Shown piece by piece: positions 17,387-29,589 of a stretch of 64,000 nt of DNA. The notes under the pieces are model-generated. The model worked only from the letters and a program-made list of their open reading frames with translations. It had not been told where the DNA came from and searched no databases. Position 1 is the first letter of the stretch; each line of letters opens with the position of its first letter. A program made the translations under genes and the position numbers. Source of the stretch: Pseudomonadota bacterium (GTDB lineage Bacteria; Pseudomonadota; Alphaproteobacteria; Acetobacterales; Acetobacteraceae); contig JAJZCG010000001.1 of NCBI GenBank assembly GCA_021846225.1, positions 15,125 through 79,124 of the forward strand. The letters run 5' to 3'.

Positions 17387-19192
17387 TCAGGCGTCCATCT
17401 TGAGCGCGGCCAGGAAGGCGCTCTGCGGGATTTCCACCTTGCCGAACTGGCGCATGCGCTTTTTGCCTTCTTTCTGCTTGTCCAGCAGCTTGCGCTTGCG
17501 GCTGATATCGCCGCCGTAGCACTTCGCCGTCACGTCCTTGGACATGGCCGAGATGGTCTCGCGCGCGATGACCCGGCTGCCGATGGCGGCCTGGATGGCG
17601 ATTTTGAAGAGCTGTTTTGGAATCAGGTCTTTCAGCTTGGCGCAAATCGAGCGGCCGCGTGCCTCCGCCTGGGAACGGTGCGCGATGAAGGAGAGCGCAT
17701 CCACCGGCTCCTGGTTCACCAGGATTGAGATTTTGACGAGATCGGCCTCGGCATAATCCTCAAGCTGGTAGTCGAAACTGGCATAGCCGCGGCTGATGGA
17801 TTTCAGGCGGTCGTAAAAGTCGAACACCACCTCATTCAGCGGCAGGCGGTACACCGCCATGGCGCGGGTGCCGACATAGGTGAGGTCCGCCTGCTGGCCA
17901 CGGCGCTCGTTGCACAGGGTCAGCACTGCGCCCAGGTAGTCATCGGGCACCATGATGGTGGCCTTGATCCAGGGCTCCTCGACATGGTCGATCACGCTGC
18001 CGTCGGGCATGTCGGAGGGGTTGTGCAACTCCTCCATCTCGCCGTTGGTCTTGAAGATTTTATATACCACGGAGGGTGCCGTCGCGATCAGGTTGAGGTC
18101 GAACTCGCGGCTCAGCCGTTCCTGGATGATTTCCAGATGCAACAGACCGAGGAAGCCGCAGCGGTAGCCAAAGCCGAGCGCGGCCGAGGTTTCAGCCTCG
18201 TAATGGAAGCTGGCGTCGTTCAGGCGCAGCTTGCCCAGCGAGTCGCGCAGCTTCTCGAAATCATCGGCATCCACCGGGAACAACCCGCACCAGACCACCG
18301 GGATCGAGGGTTTGAAGCCGGGCAGCGCCTCGGTCACCGGGTTGCGGTCGTCGGTGATGGTGTCGCCCACCTTGCAATCCGCCACGGTTTTAATGGCGGC
18401 GGTGATGTAGCCCATCTCACCCGGCCCCAGGCTTTCCACGGCGCGCATTTTCGGGGTGAAAACGCCGAGCTGCTCGATGGGATGCACGGCGCCGGTCGCC
18501 ATCATGCGCACCTTCTGGCCGCGTTTCAGCCGCCCGTTCTTGACGCGCACGAGGGTGACGACGCCGAGATACTGGTCGTACCAGCTGTCGATCAGCAGAG
18601 CGGAGAGCGGGGCTTCGGCATCGCCCTTGGGGGCGGGGAGGCGGGTGACGAGGGCTTCCAGCACGCCCTCGATGTTCAGGCCGGTTTTGGCGGAAATTTC
18701 CACGGCGTCGGAGGCGTCAATGCCGATCACGTCCTCGATCTGCTGCTTCACGCGCGGCACATCGGCGGCGGGCAGGTCGATCTTGTTCAGCACCGGGACG
18801 ATTTCATGGTGCGCGTCAATGGCTTGATACACATTGGCCAGAGTTTGCGCTTCCACGCCCTGGGAGGCGTCCACCACCAGCAGCGAGCCCTCGCACGCGG
18901 CCAGCGAACGGCTCACCTCATAGGCGAAATCGACATGGCCGGGGGTGTCCATAAGGTTCAGCACATAGGTTTTACCGTTCTTGGCCGGGTATTCCAGCCG
19001 CACGGTCTGCGCCTTGATGGTGATGCCGCGCTCTTTCTCGATGTCCATGTTGTCGAGCACCTGCTCGGTCATCTCGCGCGCGGTTAGGCCACCGCAATAC
19101 TGGATCAGGCGATCAGCAAGGGTGGATTTGCCATGGTCGATATGGGCAATGATGGAGAAATTACGGATCAGTTCGGTCGGCGTGTCGGTCAT
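17387..19192 (-). CDS. lepA: Translation elongation factor 4
   Basis: [53 protein letters not shown] at 19192. Confidence 0.98.
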   Translation of the reverse strand: MTDTPTELIRNFSIIAHIDHGKSTLADRLIQYCGGLTAREMTEQVLDNMDIEKERGITIKAQTVRLEYPAKNGKTYVLNLMDTPGHVDFAYEVSRSLAACEGSLLVVDASQGVEAQTLANVYQAIDAHHEIVPVLNKIDLPAADVPRVKQQIEDVIGIDASDAVEISAKTGLNIEGVLEALVTRLPAPKGDAEAPLSALLIDSWYDQYLGVVTLVRVKNGRLKRGQKVRMMATGAVHPIEQLGVFTPKMRAVESLGPGEMGYITAAIKTVADCKVGDTITDDRNPVTEALPGFKPSIPVVWCGLFPVDADDFEKLRDSLGKLRLNDASFHYEAETSAALGFGYRCGFLGLLHLEIIQERLSREFDLNLIATAPSVVYKIFKTNGEMEELHNPSDMPDGSVIDHVEEPWIKATIMVPDDYLGAVLTLCNERRGQQADLTYVGTRAMAVYRLPLNEVVFDFYDRLKSISRGYASFDYQLEDYAEADLVKISILVNQEPVDALSFIAHRSQAEARGRSICAKLKDLIPKQLFKIAIQAAIGSRVIARETISAMSKDVTAKCYGGDISRKRKLLDKQKEGKKRMRQFGKVEIPQSAFLAALKMDA

Positions 19193-19238
19193 GGGTGTGA
19201 CATACGCAGAAACAGCCGCAACGTCGACAGCTATAAAG

Positions 19239-19263
19239 GCGGGAAGGGGCGAATCCTTCCCGC
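19239..19263 (-). terminator. Hairpin downstream of aroKB
   Basis: GCGGGAAGG-N7-CCTTCCCGC, perfect 9-bp stem with only a short T tail. Confidence 0.5.
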
Positions 19264-19275
19264 AGGATGGCGGCG

Positions 19276-20919
19276 CTACAGCGCGCCGTTGGCGAGCAGG
19301 GTGGCGCGCACGGCCTCTTCGGGCACGTCGCTGCTGGTAAAGGCTTTGCCGATGCCGCGCGTCAGCACGAAATGCAGCTGTCCGCCGCGCATTTTTTTGT
19401 CCTGCTTCATGTGGGTGAGCAGATGCTCCGCCGGTAGGCCTGCGATTTGCGTGGGCAGGCCGGCGTTGCGCAGATGCGCGGCGATGCGGCTGGTGTCCTC
19501 CTGCGGGCAATGGCCGAGCGCGGCGGACAAATGCGTGGCGAGCACCAGGCCGACGGCCACAGCCTCGCCGTGCAGCAGGCCCTGGCCGTAGCCGGTCTCG
19601 GCTTCCAGCGCATGTGCGAAGGTATGGCCCAGGTTGAGCAGGGCGCGGCCGTTATTGGGTTTGGTTTCCCGCTCGTCATCGCCCACGACCTGCGCCTTGA
19701 AGCGGATTGCCCGTTCCACGGCTTCCGCCAGGGCGTGCGAATCCTCGTCCAGCATCGCCGGGGCGTGGGATTCGCACCATTCATAGAAGGCTGCATCGGC
19801 GATCAGCCCGGCCTTCACGATTTCCGCATAGCCCGAGCGGCGCTCGCGCGGCGGCAGCGTAGCGAGGATGCTGGTGTCTGCCAGGACCATGATGGGCTGA
19901 TGAAAGGCGCCGATGAGGTTTTTGCCGTGCGGCGAGTTGATGCCGGTCTTGCCGCCCACGCTGGAGTCCACCTGGGCGAGCAGTGTGGTCGGGATCTGGA
20001 TGAAGGGCAGGCCGCGCAGGGTGGCCGCCGCGGCGAAACCGGCCAGATCACCCACCACGCCGCCGCCGAGGGCGATAATCGTGGTCTGGCGGTCGACCTT
20101 TCGCGCCAGCAGCTGGTCCACGAGGTCAGCCCAGTTGTGCAGGCTTTTGGAGGCTTCGCCGGGTGGCACGATAATGGAGTCGTGGCTGACGCCGGTCTCG
20201 GTAAGGCTGTTTTGCAATGTGGCCAGATGCAGGGCCGCCACGGTTGTGTCGGTCACGATCACGCAGCGCGGTTGTGGCAAAACCGGCGCGATCAGCGCGC
20301 CTGCGCGCGCGAGCAACTGGGAGCCGATCACCACATCGTAGTGGCTCTGGGACAATTGCACGCTCACCCGGCGTGGGGCGATGTAGTCGTTCAGGGCGGT
20401 GATAACATTGCTGGTGGTCACGTGCGGGGGGTCCTCTGAGCCGGTGACGATGATGTCTGCCTGGGCATAGAACGGGCTGCGTTCATGGGAAAGGCGTTGC
20501 AGGATTTGCGCCGGGTCGCCGGCGTTGAGCAGCGGCCTGTGGGTGCGGCCGTGGACCCGTTGCACGAGGATGTGCAGAGGGCAGCGCAGCCATACCGAAA
20601 TGGCGCGCTGGCGCACCGTTGCCCTGGTTTCCGGGTCCATGAAGGCGCCGCCACCCGTGGCCAGGACGATTCGCCCGTCCGCGAGCAGCCTTTGGATGAC
20701 GCGCTTTTCCCCGGCACGGAAATGCGCCTCGCCATGCTTGGCGAAAATCTCCGCGATGGTGATGCCCGCAGCGCGCTCAATTTCCTGGTCGGCGTCAAAA
20801 AAGGGCAAACCCAACTGGGCCGCCAGGCGTTTGCCGATGGCGGTCTTGCCGGCGCCCATCAGGCCGACGAGCACGATACTCCGTTCGGAGGGGGGAAGGT
20901 TTTGGGTGTTGAGTCGCAT
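19276..20919 (-). CDS. aroKB: Bifunctional shikimate kinase / 3-dehydroquinate synthase (AroK-AroB fusion)
   Basis: GLMGAGKT P-loop, ATGGG and GRTHRPLL (AroK); [41 protein letters not shown] (AroB). Confidence 0.95.
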   Translation of the reverse strand: MRLNTQNLPPSERSIVLVGLMGAGKTAIGKRLAAQLGLPFFDADQEIERAAGITIAEIFAKHGEAHFRAGEKRVIQRLLADGRIVLATGGGAFMDPETRATVRQRAISVWLRCPLHILVQRVHGRTHRPLLNAGDPAQILQRLSHERSPFYAQADIIVTGSEDPPHVTTSNVITALNDYIAPRRVSVQLSQSHYDVVIGSQLLARAGALIAPVLPQPRCVIVTDTTVAALHLATLQNSLTETGVSHDSIIVPPGEASKSLHNWADLVDQLLARKVDRQTTIIALGGGVVGDLAGFAAAATLRGLPFIQIPTTLLAQVDSSVGGKTGINSPHGKNLIGAFHQPIMVLADTSILATLPPRERRSGYAEIVKAGLIADAAFYEWCESHAPAMLDEDSHALAEAVERAIRFKAQVVGDDERETKPNNGRALLNLGHTFAHALEAETGYGQGLLHGEAVAVGLVLATHLSAALGHCPQEDTSRIAAHLRNAGLPTQIAGLPAEHLLTHMKQDKKMRGGQLHFVLTRGIGKAFTSSDVPEEAVRATLLANGAL

Positions 20920-20947
20920 CGTGGGAGAGGCTTATCACATCATCCGC

Positions 20948-21841
20948 ATGACGATAGATGGCCATATCGAGGCGTTCCTGGAAATGTTGGCGGCCGAGCG
21001 CGGCGCAGCCCGCAACACGCTTGCCGCGTATCAGGCGGATCTGGAGGATTTCGCGGCATTTGCGCGTCCGCGGGGCGTAACGCCGGGCGAGGCTGGCGCT
21101 GGTCATGTGGGTGAGTATATCGGCTCGTTGCATCAGTCCGGGTTGGCGGCGCGCACGCAGGCGCGGCGGCTCTCGGCGCTGCGGCAGTTTTTTCTGTTTC
21201 TGCTGCGCGAGGGGATGCGGGAAGATAACCCGGCCGCCGAGGTGGCAAGCCCGCGCCTGCCGCAAAGCCTGCCAAAATATTTGAGCGAGGCCGAGGTTGA
21301 CGGGCTTTTGCTGGCCGCGCGGGCGTTTCCCGGGGTGCCGGGGTTGAAGGCCTATGCCGGGCTGGAGATTTTATACGCCACGGGCTTGCGCGTCTCGGAG
21401 TTGCTGGCGCTGCCGGCCCGCGCTCTGGCCAGTGATGCCGCTGTTCTAATGTTGAAGGGCAAGGGCGGGCGGGAGCGGATTGTGCCGCTTTCCGACATGG
21501 CGAAACTGGCGGCGGCGCGGTTGCGGGAGGCGTCGGCCGGGCTGAAGCCGCCGCCGCGCTACCTCTTCAGTGGCCGTGACCCGGCCCAGGCGATGACCCG
21601 CCAGGGTTTTGCCCTTTTGCTCAAGCAGGTGGCGCTGCGGGCGAACATAGACCCGGCCCGCTTGTCACCGCATGTGCTGCGGCACTCTTTTGCCTCGCAT
21701 CTGCTGGCGCATGGCGCGGATTTGCGGAGCCTGCAAAAATTGCTGGGTCATGCGGATATCGCCACGACGCAGATTTATACTCATGTATTGGCCGAACGCC
21801 TGCAGCGCCTGGTGCAGGCGCATCATCCGCTGGCGCGCTGA
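20948..21841 (+). CDS. xerD: Tyrosine recombinase XerD
   Basis: AERGAARNTLAAY, YATGLRVSEL, GKGGRER, SPHVLRHSFASHLL, LGHADIATTQIYTHV. Full R-K-H-R-H-Y catalytic set. Confidence 0.92.
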   Translation: MTIDGHIEAFLEMLAAERGAARNTLAAYQADLEDFAAFARPRGVTPGEAGAGHVGEYIGSLHQSGLAARTQARRLSALRQFFLFLLREGMREDNPAAEVASPRLPQSLPKYLSEAEVDGLLLAARAFPGVPGLKAYAGLEILYATGLRVSELLALPARALASDAAVLMLKGKGGRERIVPLSDMAKLAAARLREASAGLKPPPRYLFSGRDPAQAMTRQGFALLLKQVALRANIDPARLSPHVLRHSFASHLLAHGADLRSLQKLLGHADIATTQIYTHVLAERLQRLVQAHHPLAR

Positions 21842-22767
21842 GCCGGGCGGGTGGTGATGCGCGCCAGCCAGGAGCGCTCGTGCCGGGTCTCGTTGGCGGC
21901 GATATAGCGGCGCATCTCCTTGGACATTTTGCGGCGGGTTGGAGGATCGTCGCGATAGGCGGCCCGGATGCCATCCAATGCCGCTCGCGGGCAGCCGTTG
22001 CAAAAGGCCGTTACGAGATAACCGAGCATGAGCGGGGTCAGCGCCGGCCATGAGGCGCCCCATTTGCGGCCAATGAGCAGCCGGTTGCGGACGAAAGGCG
22101 CCATATGCGTGAGGGCCTCGACGGTGGGGGCGTTTGGCGCGGTCTTGTAAATGATGGCCAGCGTGCCGTCATATGAAATGGTCCAGTTGCGGGCGATGGC
22201 GGAGAGGCAGAAGTCGTATTCTTCCCAGGCGGAGAAGAACCTTGGGTCGTAGCCGCCGGCGGCGTTCCAGGTTGCGCGGCGGATTGCATGTCCAGCGCGG
22301 GGGATGGTTGTGGCGTCGAACTGGCCGTTGGAGCGGGCGATGAGACGCAAAGGGTAGGCCCAGCTTGATTTGCCCGGGGCCTGGGCCTCGGGGGTGAGGA
22401 TGTTGAAGCCCAAAGCCCCTAATTCAGGCCGTTGGTTGAAGGCCCGCAGAGCCTGGGCGAGCACCCATTTCCCGGCAAAGATGGCGCCGGCATCAAGCGC
22501 CACGATGATCCGGCCATGCCCAAGGGTGGCCAGAAGATTGCGCCCAGCGGCAACGCCGGGATTTTCCGCGGCGGCGTACAACGAGAAATAGGGGGTGTTT
22601 GCGAATAATCTGGCCAGGGTCTGCCGGGTTTGCGGGAGGGAACTCTGGTCCAGCACCGTGACATGGAACGTGCCGCCTTGTTGCGCCAGGGCGGACTGGA
22701 TTGTCTCGATTGTCTCTGCGGGCTGGTCCTGGGACAGGATGACGATGTCAGCGTCGTAGGCGTCCAT
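21823..22767 (-). CDS. Glycosyltransferase family 2 (start may be TTG at 22821)
   Basis: DIVILS..ETIQSALAQ, VLDQSS, NPGVAAGRN, GGYDPRFFSAWEEYD. The DxD position reads LDAGA. Confidence 0.82.
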   Translation of the reverse strand: MDAYDADIVILSQDQPAETIETIQSALAQQGGTFHVTVLDQSSLPQTRQTLARLFANTPYFSLYAAAENPGVAAGRNLLATLGHGRIIVALDAGAIFAGKWVLAQALRAFNQRPELGALGFNILTPEAQAPGKSSWAYPLRLIARSNGQFDATTIPRAGHAIRRATWNAAGGYDPRFFSAWEEYDFCLSAIARNWTISYDGTLAIIYKTAPNAPTVEALTHMAPFVRNRLLIGRKWGASWPALTPLMLGYLVTAFCNGCPRAALDGIRAAYRDDPPTRRKMSKEMRRYIAANETRHERSWLARITTRPAQRASG

Positions 22768-22979
22768 GGCGGGGCCGTGGCCCGCCAGCCGTTTTGGGGG
22801 CGTGTCACCGGGGGTGTTCAAGGAGGCATACCCGCAATGCTCTGGGGTAAAGCGCAGGCAAGTAAAAACCGCAGGCGCTTGGCGGGCTGTTCCCCCGCCG
22901 TTACGGCGGGATACGCCGTGAGCATCGATGAATTACCCCAAGGTTGGATTTTCCGTGTATAAAATTACCCTGGGTTGCG

Positions 22980-23429
22980 TTAGCTGAAGACAAATCTTTT
23001 GGAAAGAAAATAATTGAAACTCAGGCCGGCGGCGGAGCCTGCAATGATGGGGAGCACCGGCTGGTTGTGACATAGTTTACTTATTGAAATCAAAGCAAAA
23101 AATGTTCCACGGTTAAACACGAAACCAATGGAGTTGGCGAGGAGAAAGCGCATCCATTGCACATGCGGCGCGGTATGGATGTGGTGGCGGAATGTCCAGA
23201 TACGGTTGACGCCCCAATTGGCTGTGGCGGCTACCAGGAAGCCCATGACGCCGGCCATGTAGAGCCCCATGACGCCGCGAAGCGCGTAGACCGTGCTGGT
23301 ATCCCAGAAAAACCCCATTACGCCGACGATGGCGAAACGGATGAATTTTTCGCTGACGCCGCTGCGCGAAAACAGCGCCACGGAGGCTTCCAGCCCGGCC
23401 AGGATTTTTTGGTACACCACACTCGCCAT
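22980..23429 (-). CDS. GtrA family membrane protein
   Basis: KFIRFAIVGVMGFFWD, NWGVNRIWTF, FNYFLSKRFVF; four predicted TM helices. Confidence 0.88.
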   Translation of the reverse strand: MASVVYQKILAGLEASVALFSRSGVSEKFIRFAIVGVMGFFWDTSTVYALRGVMGLYMAGVMGFLVAATANWGVNRIWTFRHHIHTAPHVQWMRFLLANSIGFVFNRGTFFALISISKLCHNQPVLPIIAGSAAGLSFNYFLSKRFVFS

Positions 23430-23431
23430 TA

Positions 23432-23459
23432 TTCACCCCGCCTTGCGTAGCGGGGTGAA
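23432..23459 (-). promoter_or_regulatory. 10-bp perfect hairpin covering the gtrA ribosome-binding site; may also terminate purA
   Basis: TTCACCCCGC-N8-GCGGGGTGAA, ending 2 nt before the gtrA ATG on the minus strand. Confidence 0.5.
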
Positions 23460-23498
23460 GCCATGGCGGCGCGGGTTTGGGGGGCTGGCAGCGTCAAA

Positions 23499-24788
23499 TC
23501 AGCTCGCAAACGGATCCTGCACCAGGATCGTGTCGTCACGCTCCGGGCTGGTTGAAAGCAAGGTGACGGGCGCTTCGACCAGTTCCTCGATTCGCTTGAC
23601 GTATTTGATCGCGGCGGCCGGGAGCTGCGCCCAGGAGCGGGCGCCACGGGTGGAAGCGCTCCAGCCTTCAAGGGTTTCATAAATCGGCTCGGCGGCGGCC
23701 TGGGCGGCCATGCCGGCGGGCAGATGCTTGAAGGTCTGGCCGTTGATCCGGTAGCCAACGCCGATTTTCAGTTCGCTGAAGCCGTCGAGCACGTCCAGCT
23801 TGGTGAGCGCCAGCCCGTTGATGCCGCCGACCTTCACGGCCTGGCGGACCAATGCGGCGTCAAACCAGCCGCAACGGCGCTTGCGGCCTGTTACCGTGCC
23901 GAATTCATGGCCGCGTTCGCCAAGCATCCGGCCGGTATCGTCGTTCAGCTCGGTCGGGAAGGGGCCTGAGCCGACGCGTGTGCAGTAGGCTTTGGCGATG
24001 CCCAGCACGCGGCCTACGGCGTCCGGCCCCATGCCGCTGCCCGACGCCGCGGTGCCCGCGACCGTGTTGGAGGAGGTGACAAACGGGTAGGTGCCGTGGT
24101 CGACATCGAGCATTACCGCCTGCGCGCCTTCAAACAGAATGCGCTGGCCATCGTGGCGGGCCTGCGCCAGCCGTTCCCAGACGGGTTCGGCGAAGGGCAG
24201 GATTTTGGGCGCCAGTTCGAGCAGGCTGGCGAGCAGGTCGGCCTTGTTGAAGGTCGGCGCCCCGAGGCCAGCCAGCAAGGTGTTGTGGTGCAGCAACAAC
24301 TCGTCAAGCTTGGCGGAGAGAGTCTCCGGCTCGGCCAGATCGCAGACCCGGATGGCCCGGCGGGCAACTTTGTCCTCATATGCCGGGCCGATGCCGCGCC
24401 CGGTGGTGCCGATTTTGCGTTCGCCGCGCGCTACCTCGCGCGCGCTGTCCAGCGCTGCGTGCAAGGGCAGGATGAGCGGCGCATTGTCGGCGATGCGCAG
24501 GGTCTCGGGCGTTACCGGCAGACCCTGGGCGGAGAGGCGGGCGATTTCCGCCAGCAGGGCGAAGGGATCTATCACCACGCCGTTGCCGATGATGCCAAGC
24601 TTGCCGCGCACCAGGCCGGAGGGCAGCAGCGAGAGTTTATACGTCTGCTCGCCGACGACCAGGGTATGCCCCGCATTGTGCCCGCCCTGGAAGCGCACCA
24701 CCACATCCGCGCGGCTGGCGAGCCAGTCCACCACCTTGCCTTTGCCCTCGTCACCCCATTGCGCGCCGATAATTGTTACGTTGGTCAT
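23499..24788 (-). CDS. purA: Adenylosuccinate synthetase
   Basis: [63 protein letters not shown]. Confidence 0.98.
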   Translation of the reverse strand: MTNVTIIGAQWGDEGKGKVVDWLASRADVVVRFQGGHNAGHTLVVGEQTYKLSLLPSGLVRGKLGIIGNGVVIDPFALLAEIARLSAQGLPVTPETLRIADNAPLILPLHAALDSAREVARGERKIGTTGRGIGPAYEDKVARRAIRVCDLAEPETLSAKLDELLLHHNTLLAGLGAPTFNKADLLASLLELAPKILPFAEPVWERLAQARHDGQRILFEGAQAVMLDVDHGTYPFVTSSNTVAGTAASGSGMGPDAVGRVLGIAKAYCTRVGSGPFPTELNDDTGRMLGERGHEFGTVTGRKRRCGWFDAALVRQAVKVGGINGLALTKLDVLDGFSELKIGVGYRINGQTFKHLPAGMAAQAAAEPIYETLEGWSASTRGARSWAQLPAAAIKYVKRIEELVEAPVTLLSTSPERDDTILVQDPFAS

Positions 24789-25936
24789 GTCAGATCCTTG
24801 GCAAGTGGAGCGATGGCCCCGTCTTCATAGATATAGCTGCAGCCAAGCCGGGCTGCTTCCTGCCGCGGTGCGGCGTGTGCCGCCAGCCCGGCGATGGTGG
24901 CGAAATTACGCGCCCGGCAGGAAGCCGCCTGCTCTGGCGTGGTGCCGAAGGGCAGATAGATGCGCGGGCGCAGCGCTGGGGCGGGGGCGGCGCGGACGAT
25001 GGTGTCAGGATACAGCGTGATGCCGGTGGCGGGTTCGCCGGCGCCGCACAGATAGCGCCCGCCCCGGCCGAGCTCCGCCTGCCGCCCGGGGGCGAACAGG
25101 GTCATGCAGATGCCGGTATGATATTGGTAGCCGCGAAACTCCACGGGATCGGCGGTTAAAGGCAGGCCGGGCCGCTGGCGCCGGATGACGGCGACGGTCT
25201 CAGCCATGCGCACGGCCTGAATGCGCGCGCTCTCGGGCAGGTTGATCGCCAGCAAGGCCGGTATCGCGCGCTCGGCGGTCCCGGTGGCCTCCAGGAGCTG
25301 GAGCAGCAGCCCGGCGATGGGACCGCCAAGCTCGGCCACCTCGGCGGCGTCCTTACGGTCCAGCGCGCGCGCAAGGGCGGGGCGGTTTGCGGCGGGGAAG
25401 TCTTCGAGCAGATGCAGAACCAGCCGGGGCACTGTGAGGTCGATGCTGATGCTGGTCAGGCCGATGGCCGCCAGGGCTTCAACGGCCGTTAAAATGATCT
25501 CGGCGTCGGCTTCGGGGGTATCATGGCCGACCAGCTCGATGCCGGCCTGGGCAATCTGGCGCTCCGGCTGCAGCTGCGAGCCGCGCACCCGCAGGCATTG
25601 CCCGGCATAAGCCAGCCGCAGCGGGCGCGGGGCATTGGCCAGCCGTGTGGCCGCCAGCCGGGCGATTTGCGGCGTCGTGTCGGCCCGCAGGCCCATCATG
25701 CGCTGGCTGTCGGGGTCCATGAGCCGGAAGGTCTGTTCGGCCGTGGCGGCGCCTGAGCCCGCGAACAGGCTGTCTTCAAACTCCAGCAGCGGCGGCTTCA
25801 CGCGTTGATAGCCGTGCGCGGCGAAGCAATCCATGATGGTTTCGACCGAGCGCGCCTCCAGCTCCGCCTCGGGAGGCAGGACATCGCGCAGGCCGGCGGG
25901 GAGCAAAGCGGGGTGGGTAAGCGAGGATTCGTTCAT
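24785..25936 (-). CDS. hisZ: ATP phosphoribosyltransferase regulatory subunit
   Basis: [45 protein letters not shown]; adjacent to purA. Confidence 0.9.
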   Translation of the reverse strand: MNESSLTHPALLPAGLRDVLPPEAELEARSVETIMDCFAAHGYQRVKPPLLEFEDSLFAGSGAATAEQTFRLMDPDSQRMMGLRADTTPQIARLAATRLANAPRPLRLAYAGQCLRVRGSQLQPERQIAQAGIELVGHDTPEADAEIILTAVEALAAIGLTSISIDLTVPRLVLHLLEDFPAANRPALARALDRKDAAEVAELGGPIAGLLLQLLEATGTAERAIPALLAINLPESARIQAVRMAETVAVIRRQRPGLPLTADPVEFRGYQYHTGICMTLFAPGRQAELGRGGRYLCGAGEPATGITLYPDTIVRAAPAPALRPRIYLPFGTTPEQAASCRARNFATIAGLAAHAAPRQEAARLGCSYIYEDGAIAPLAKDLT

Positions 25937-26024
25937 GGGAACCAATGACAGTGGCGCGGCGCTATAGCATTGCTGCGCCATACGTCCAATTGCGCGGAGC
26001 CGGTGCGGCGGGGGTTGATGATCA

Positions 26025-27902
26025 TCAGGCGATCATCGCGGCGCTCCGCCCGGCAAAGCGGGACCACGCCTCGGCTTCGTCCTCATCGAATAATTCGGTA
26101 AGCTTGCGCATCATCGTGCCGCCCAGCTCCTCGGCGTCAACGATCGTCACGGCCCGGCGGTAATAGCGGGTCACGTCATGCCCGATGCCGATGGCGATAA
26201 GCTCCACCAGCTCGCGGGTCTCGATATCGCGGATCACATCGCGCAGATGCCGTTCCAGATAGTTGCCGGAATTCACCGAGAGGGTGGAGTCGTCAACCGG
26301 GGCGCCATCGCTGATGACCATGAGAATACGCCGGTGCTCCGGGCGCGCGAGCAGCCGCCGGTAGGCCCAGAGCAGCGCTTCGCCGTCGATATTTTCCTTC
26401 AGCAGACCTTCGCGCAGCATCAGCCCCAGGTTTTTGCGCGCGCGGCGCCAGGGGGTGTCGGCGGATTTGTAGATGATGTGGCGCAGATCATTCAGCCGGC
26501 CGGGGGTTGGCGGTTTGCCCGCGGCAACCCATTGTTCCCGGCTCTGCCCGCCTTTCCACGCGCGCGTGGTGAAGCCCAGAACCTCCACCTTCACCGCGCA
26601 GCGCTCCAGCGTGCGGGCCAGAATATCGCCGCACATCGCCGCCACGGTGATCGGCCGCCCGCGCATCGAGCCTGAATTGTCGATCAGCAGGGTGACCACG
26701 GTATCACGGAACTCCGTGTCGCGTTCGCGCTTATAGGTGAGGGCCAGAAGTGGATCGACGATAATCCGCGACAGCCGGGCGGCGTCGAGCATTCCTTCTT
26801 CCAGGTCGAACTCCCAGGCCCGGGTTTGCTGCGCCTGCAGCCGGCGTTGCAGCCGGTTGGCCAGCTTGGCCACCACGGCATGCAGATGCTGCAATTGCTG
26901 GTCCAGCTGCTGGCGCAGCCGGGTCAGCTCATCGGGGTCGCAAAGGTCTTCGGCCTTGATTTCTTCATCATGCGTGCGGGTGAAGGCGCGGTAGGCCGTG
27001 CTGTCATCGCCATGGGCGGGCGGGCGGTGCTGTTGGGGGCCGGCGGGAGAATCCTCGGCATCCGCCGATGTATCGTCGGCGTCGCTGTCTTCCTCGGTGT
27101 CCTCGCCGGTGGCTTCGCCCTCGGTCATTTCCGGCTGTGCCGCGAGCATGGCCTCTTCCTGGCTCTGGCTCTGGGCGTCGCTGTCCTGGGAGTTGTCCTG
27201 CTGCGAGGTTTGCTCCCCCGAATCGTCGGCGTTTTCGGATTCGTCCTCCTCGGTTGCCGCCGCCTCCGCCTCCGCCAGATGGACCGCCGCCAGCAGCTTG
27301 CGCGCGGCTTTGGTGTAGTGCGCCTGGTCGGCGCGGGTGGCGGCGAGTTCATCCAGGGCCGCTTCGGCATCATCGCCCAGCGTGCCGCGCCACAAGGCCA
27401 GTATTTTTTGGGCCGGTTCGGGCACCGAAGCCGGGTCCATCCGCTCGCGCGCAAGCAGGGCAAGGGCGCTGGCCAGGGGAAGCTGCTCGCGCAGCGTCAT
27501 GCGGTCGAGCCCCTCGTTTTCGCACTCCTCGCTCAGCTTGCCGCGCAGGTTCGCGGCAACGCCGGCCATGTGTTCGGAGCCGAAGACCTCAACGCGGGCC
27601 TGCTCCAGCGCGTCATAGGCTTCGCGCGCCTCCTTGGAGGCGGGGTTGCGGGCGGCATGGATGGCATTGTCGTGATAGCGCAGGCGCAGGGCGAGTGAGT
27701 CCGCGGCGCCGCGCAGTTTGGCCATCTCCGCGGGCGCCAGGGCGCGCGAGGGAACGGGCAGCCGTGCGCGTTTGCCAGCCAGGCCGGAGGGGCCGGGCTG
27801 GTAGGCAACTTCCACGTCAGGCGTCTGCGCCATGGCCCGCAGCGCATTGGCCGTGGCACGTTTGAAGTCCTCGCTCCGGCCCTGGTCGTTATTCGCGGTC
27901 AT
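26025..27902 (-). CDS. cobT: Cobaltochelatase subunit CobT (acidic linker plus vWA domain)
   Basis: [35 protein letters not shown] (MIDAS), [26 protein letters not shown]. Confidence 0.93.
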   Translation of the reverse strand: MTANNDQGRSEDFKRATANALRAMAQTPDVEVAYQPGPSGLAGKRARLPVPSRALAPAEMAKLRGAADSLALRLRYHDNAIHAARNPASKEAREAYDALEQARVEVFGSEHMAGVAANLRGKLSEECENEGLDRMTLREQLPLASALALLARERMDPASVPEPAQKILALWRGTLGDDAEAALDELAATRADQAHYTKAARKLLAAVHLAEAEAAATEEDESENADDSGEQTSQQDNSQDSDAQSQSQEEAMLAAQPEMTEGEATGEDTEEDSDADDTSADAEDSPAGPQQHRPPAHGDDSTAYRAFTRTHDEEIKAEDLCDPDELTRLRQQLDQQLQHLHAVVAKLANRLQRRLQAQQTRAWEFDLEEGMLDAARLSRIIVDPLLALTYKRERDTEFRDTVVTLLIDNSGSMRGRPITVAAMCGDILARTLERCAVKVEVLGFTTRAWKGGQSREQWVAAGKPPTPGRLNDLRHIIYKSADTPWRRARKNLGLMLREGLLKENIDGEALLWAYRRLLARPEHRRILMVISDGAPVDDSTLSVNSGNYLERHLRDVIRDIETRELVELIAIGIGHDVTRYYRRAVTIVDAEELGGTMMRKLTELFDEDEAEAWSRFAGRSAAMIA

Positions 27903-27908
27903 CTGGTT

Positions 27909-28919
27909 TCAGGCCGGCTTGCGCAAGCCGGTTGAGATCTCCTCGTTGAAGCAGCGCTGATAATACTCAGCCACGGTGTTACGCTCGGCTTCGTCGCATT
28001 TGTTGAGGAAGGTGAGGCGGAAGGCAAAGCCGATATCGCCGAAAATCCTTGTGTTTTCCGCCCAGGTGATAACGGTGCGCGGCGACATCACGGTGGAGAT
28101 GTCCCCGGCGATGAACCCGGCGCGGGTGAGGTCCGCCAGCGCCACCATGCTCTCCGTCCGCTTCTTCAGGGCTGTATCACCGGCGGGGATGCCGAGTTTG
28201 GCCATCACGATGGCCACCTCCTGCGCGTGGGGCAGATAATTGAGCGTGGCGACGATGTTCCAGCGGTCCATCTGCCCCTGATTGATCTGCTGCGTGCCAT
28301 GGTAGAGCCCGGTGGTGTCGCCCAGGCCCACGGTGTTCGCGGTGGCGAACAGGCGGAAGGCCGGGTGCGGGCGGATCACCTTGTTCTGGTCGAGCAGGGT
28401 GAGCCGGCCCTCGACTTCAAGGACGCGCTGGATCACGAACATCACGTCCGGGCGGCCGGCGTCGTATTCATCAAACACCAGCGCGCAGGGGTGTTGCAGC
28501 GCCCAGGGCAGGATGCCTTCGCGGAATTCGGTGACCTGTTTGCCGTCCTTCAGCACGATCGCGTCCTTGCCGATCAGGTCGATACGGCTGATATGGCTGT
28601 CCAGATTGACGCGGATGCAAGGCCAGTTGAGCCTTGCCGCCACCTGCTCGATATGGGTGGACTTGCCGGTGCCGTGATAGCCCTGGATCATCACCCGGCG
28701 GTTGAAGGCGAATCCGGCCAGAATCGCGAGCGTCGTCTCCCGGTCGAACTGATAGGCGGGGTCGATCTCGGGCACATGCTCGGTGCGGAGCGAGAAAGCG
28801 GGAACTTCCAGATCGACGTCGATGCCAAAAACCTCGCGGGCGTTAACCTTTATATCGGGCATGTTGATCGCCGAGGGGCCTGAGTTGCTGGTTTCGGTGA
28901 GCGCGGCGATGTTGTTCAT
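27909..28919 (-). CDS. cobS: Cobaltochelatase subunit CobS (AAA+)
   Basis: [59 protein letters not shown]. Confidence 0.95.
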   Translation of the reverse strand: MNNIAALTETSNSGPSAINMPDIKVNAREVFGIDVDLEVPAFSLRTEHVPEIDPAYQFDRETTLAILAGFAFNRRVMIQGYHGTGKSTHIEQVAARLNWPCIRVNLDSHISRIDLIGKDAIVLKDGKQVTEFREGILPWALQHPCALVFDEYDAGRPDVMFVIQRVLEVEGRLTLLDQNKVIRPHPAFRLFATANTVGLGDTTGLYHGTQQINQGQMDRWNIVATLNYLPHAQEVAIVMAKLGIPAGDTALKKRTESMVALADLTRAGFIAGDISTVMSPRTVITWAENTRIFGDIGFAFRLTFLNKCDEAERNTVAEYYQRCFNEEISTGLRKPA

Positions 28920-28980
28920 TAAAGGTTCAATCCTGTTGCTTCGTACTTGGGTAGTTGCGTGGGCAATTGGGCGAACGTGC

Positions 28981-29589
28981 TCAACCGCCGGAAGTTTGGG
29001 ACGCCTGAGCAGGCTTTGCGGCCAGTTTGCCACGAAGCGCCGCATAGGCAAGGTTGATCGATTTCAACATTTCCTCGGAGTGCTTGTCGCCATTGTTTGA
29101 ATCCGGGTGGTGGCGTTTGGCAAGCTCCTTGTACTTTGCTTTTACGGTGGCCAGCGTGACCGGCCATGTGAGGTTCAGGACGCTGAGAGCCTCGCGGATA
29201 TCAGCCGGAACGCCTGGGTTGGGTGCTGGCCTGGGCCGGGCGCCGAAGGCGAAGGCGTGCAACTCGGCTTCGAGCGTTTCATCCATCCGCGATGTCTGCC
29301 CCAACCGGCCAAGCGGCCAGCTCGGCCGCTGCCAGGAGGTGTCAGCGCGCAATTGCGCCTCGATTTCTTCAGCCGACATGCCTTTGTAATAGTCCCAGGA
29401 GGCGTTGAACGCGCGGACGTGATCCAGGCAGAACCAATGAAAATCCCGCGACCCGGCGCGTGATTTTGGTGCGCGGTATTCGCCTTCGTGCGGGCAGCCG
29501 GGCGAATCGCACGCCTGACCCGGGGCGCTGGGATCTGGGGCATAGGCGCGCGGCTTGCGGGTTGGTTGCTTGCGTGTTGACGAAATCAT
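28981..29589 (-). CDS. J-domain protein with a Cys/His-rich N-terminus and C-terminal J domain
   Basis: CDSPGC...RAPKSR...[16 protein letters not shown], then [16 protein letters not shown] (HPD motif). Confidence 0.88.
   Translation of the reverse strand: MISSTRKQPTRKPRAYAPDPSAPGQACDSPGCPHEGEYRAPKSRAGSRDFHWFCLDHVRAFNASWDYYKGMSAEEIEAQLRADTSWQRPSWPLGRLGQTSRMDETLEAELHAFAFGARPRPAPNPGVPADIREALSVLNLTWPVTLATVKAKYKELAKRHHPDSNNGDKHSEEMLKSINLAYAALRGKLAAKPAQASQTSGG

Noticed and set aside
20948-21841. Tyrosine recombinase as a prophage or island integrase
   Set aside because: The sequence is typical chromosomal XerD in its usual position divergent from aroK/aroB. There are no att repeats, phage genes or mobility genes nearby.
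27000-27300. Low-complexity acidic stretch (GAC/GAG/TCG-rich) as a tandem repeat
   Set aside because: It encodes the normal Asp/Glu-rich linker of CobT.
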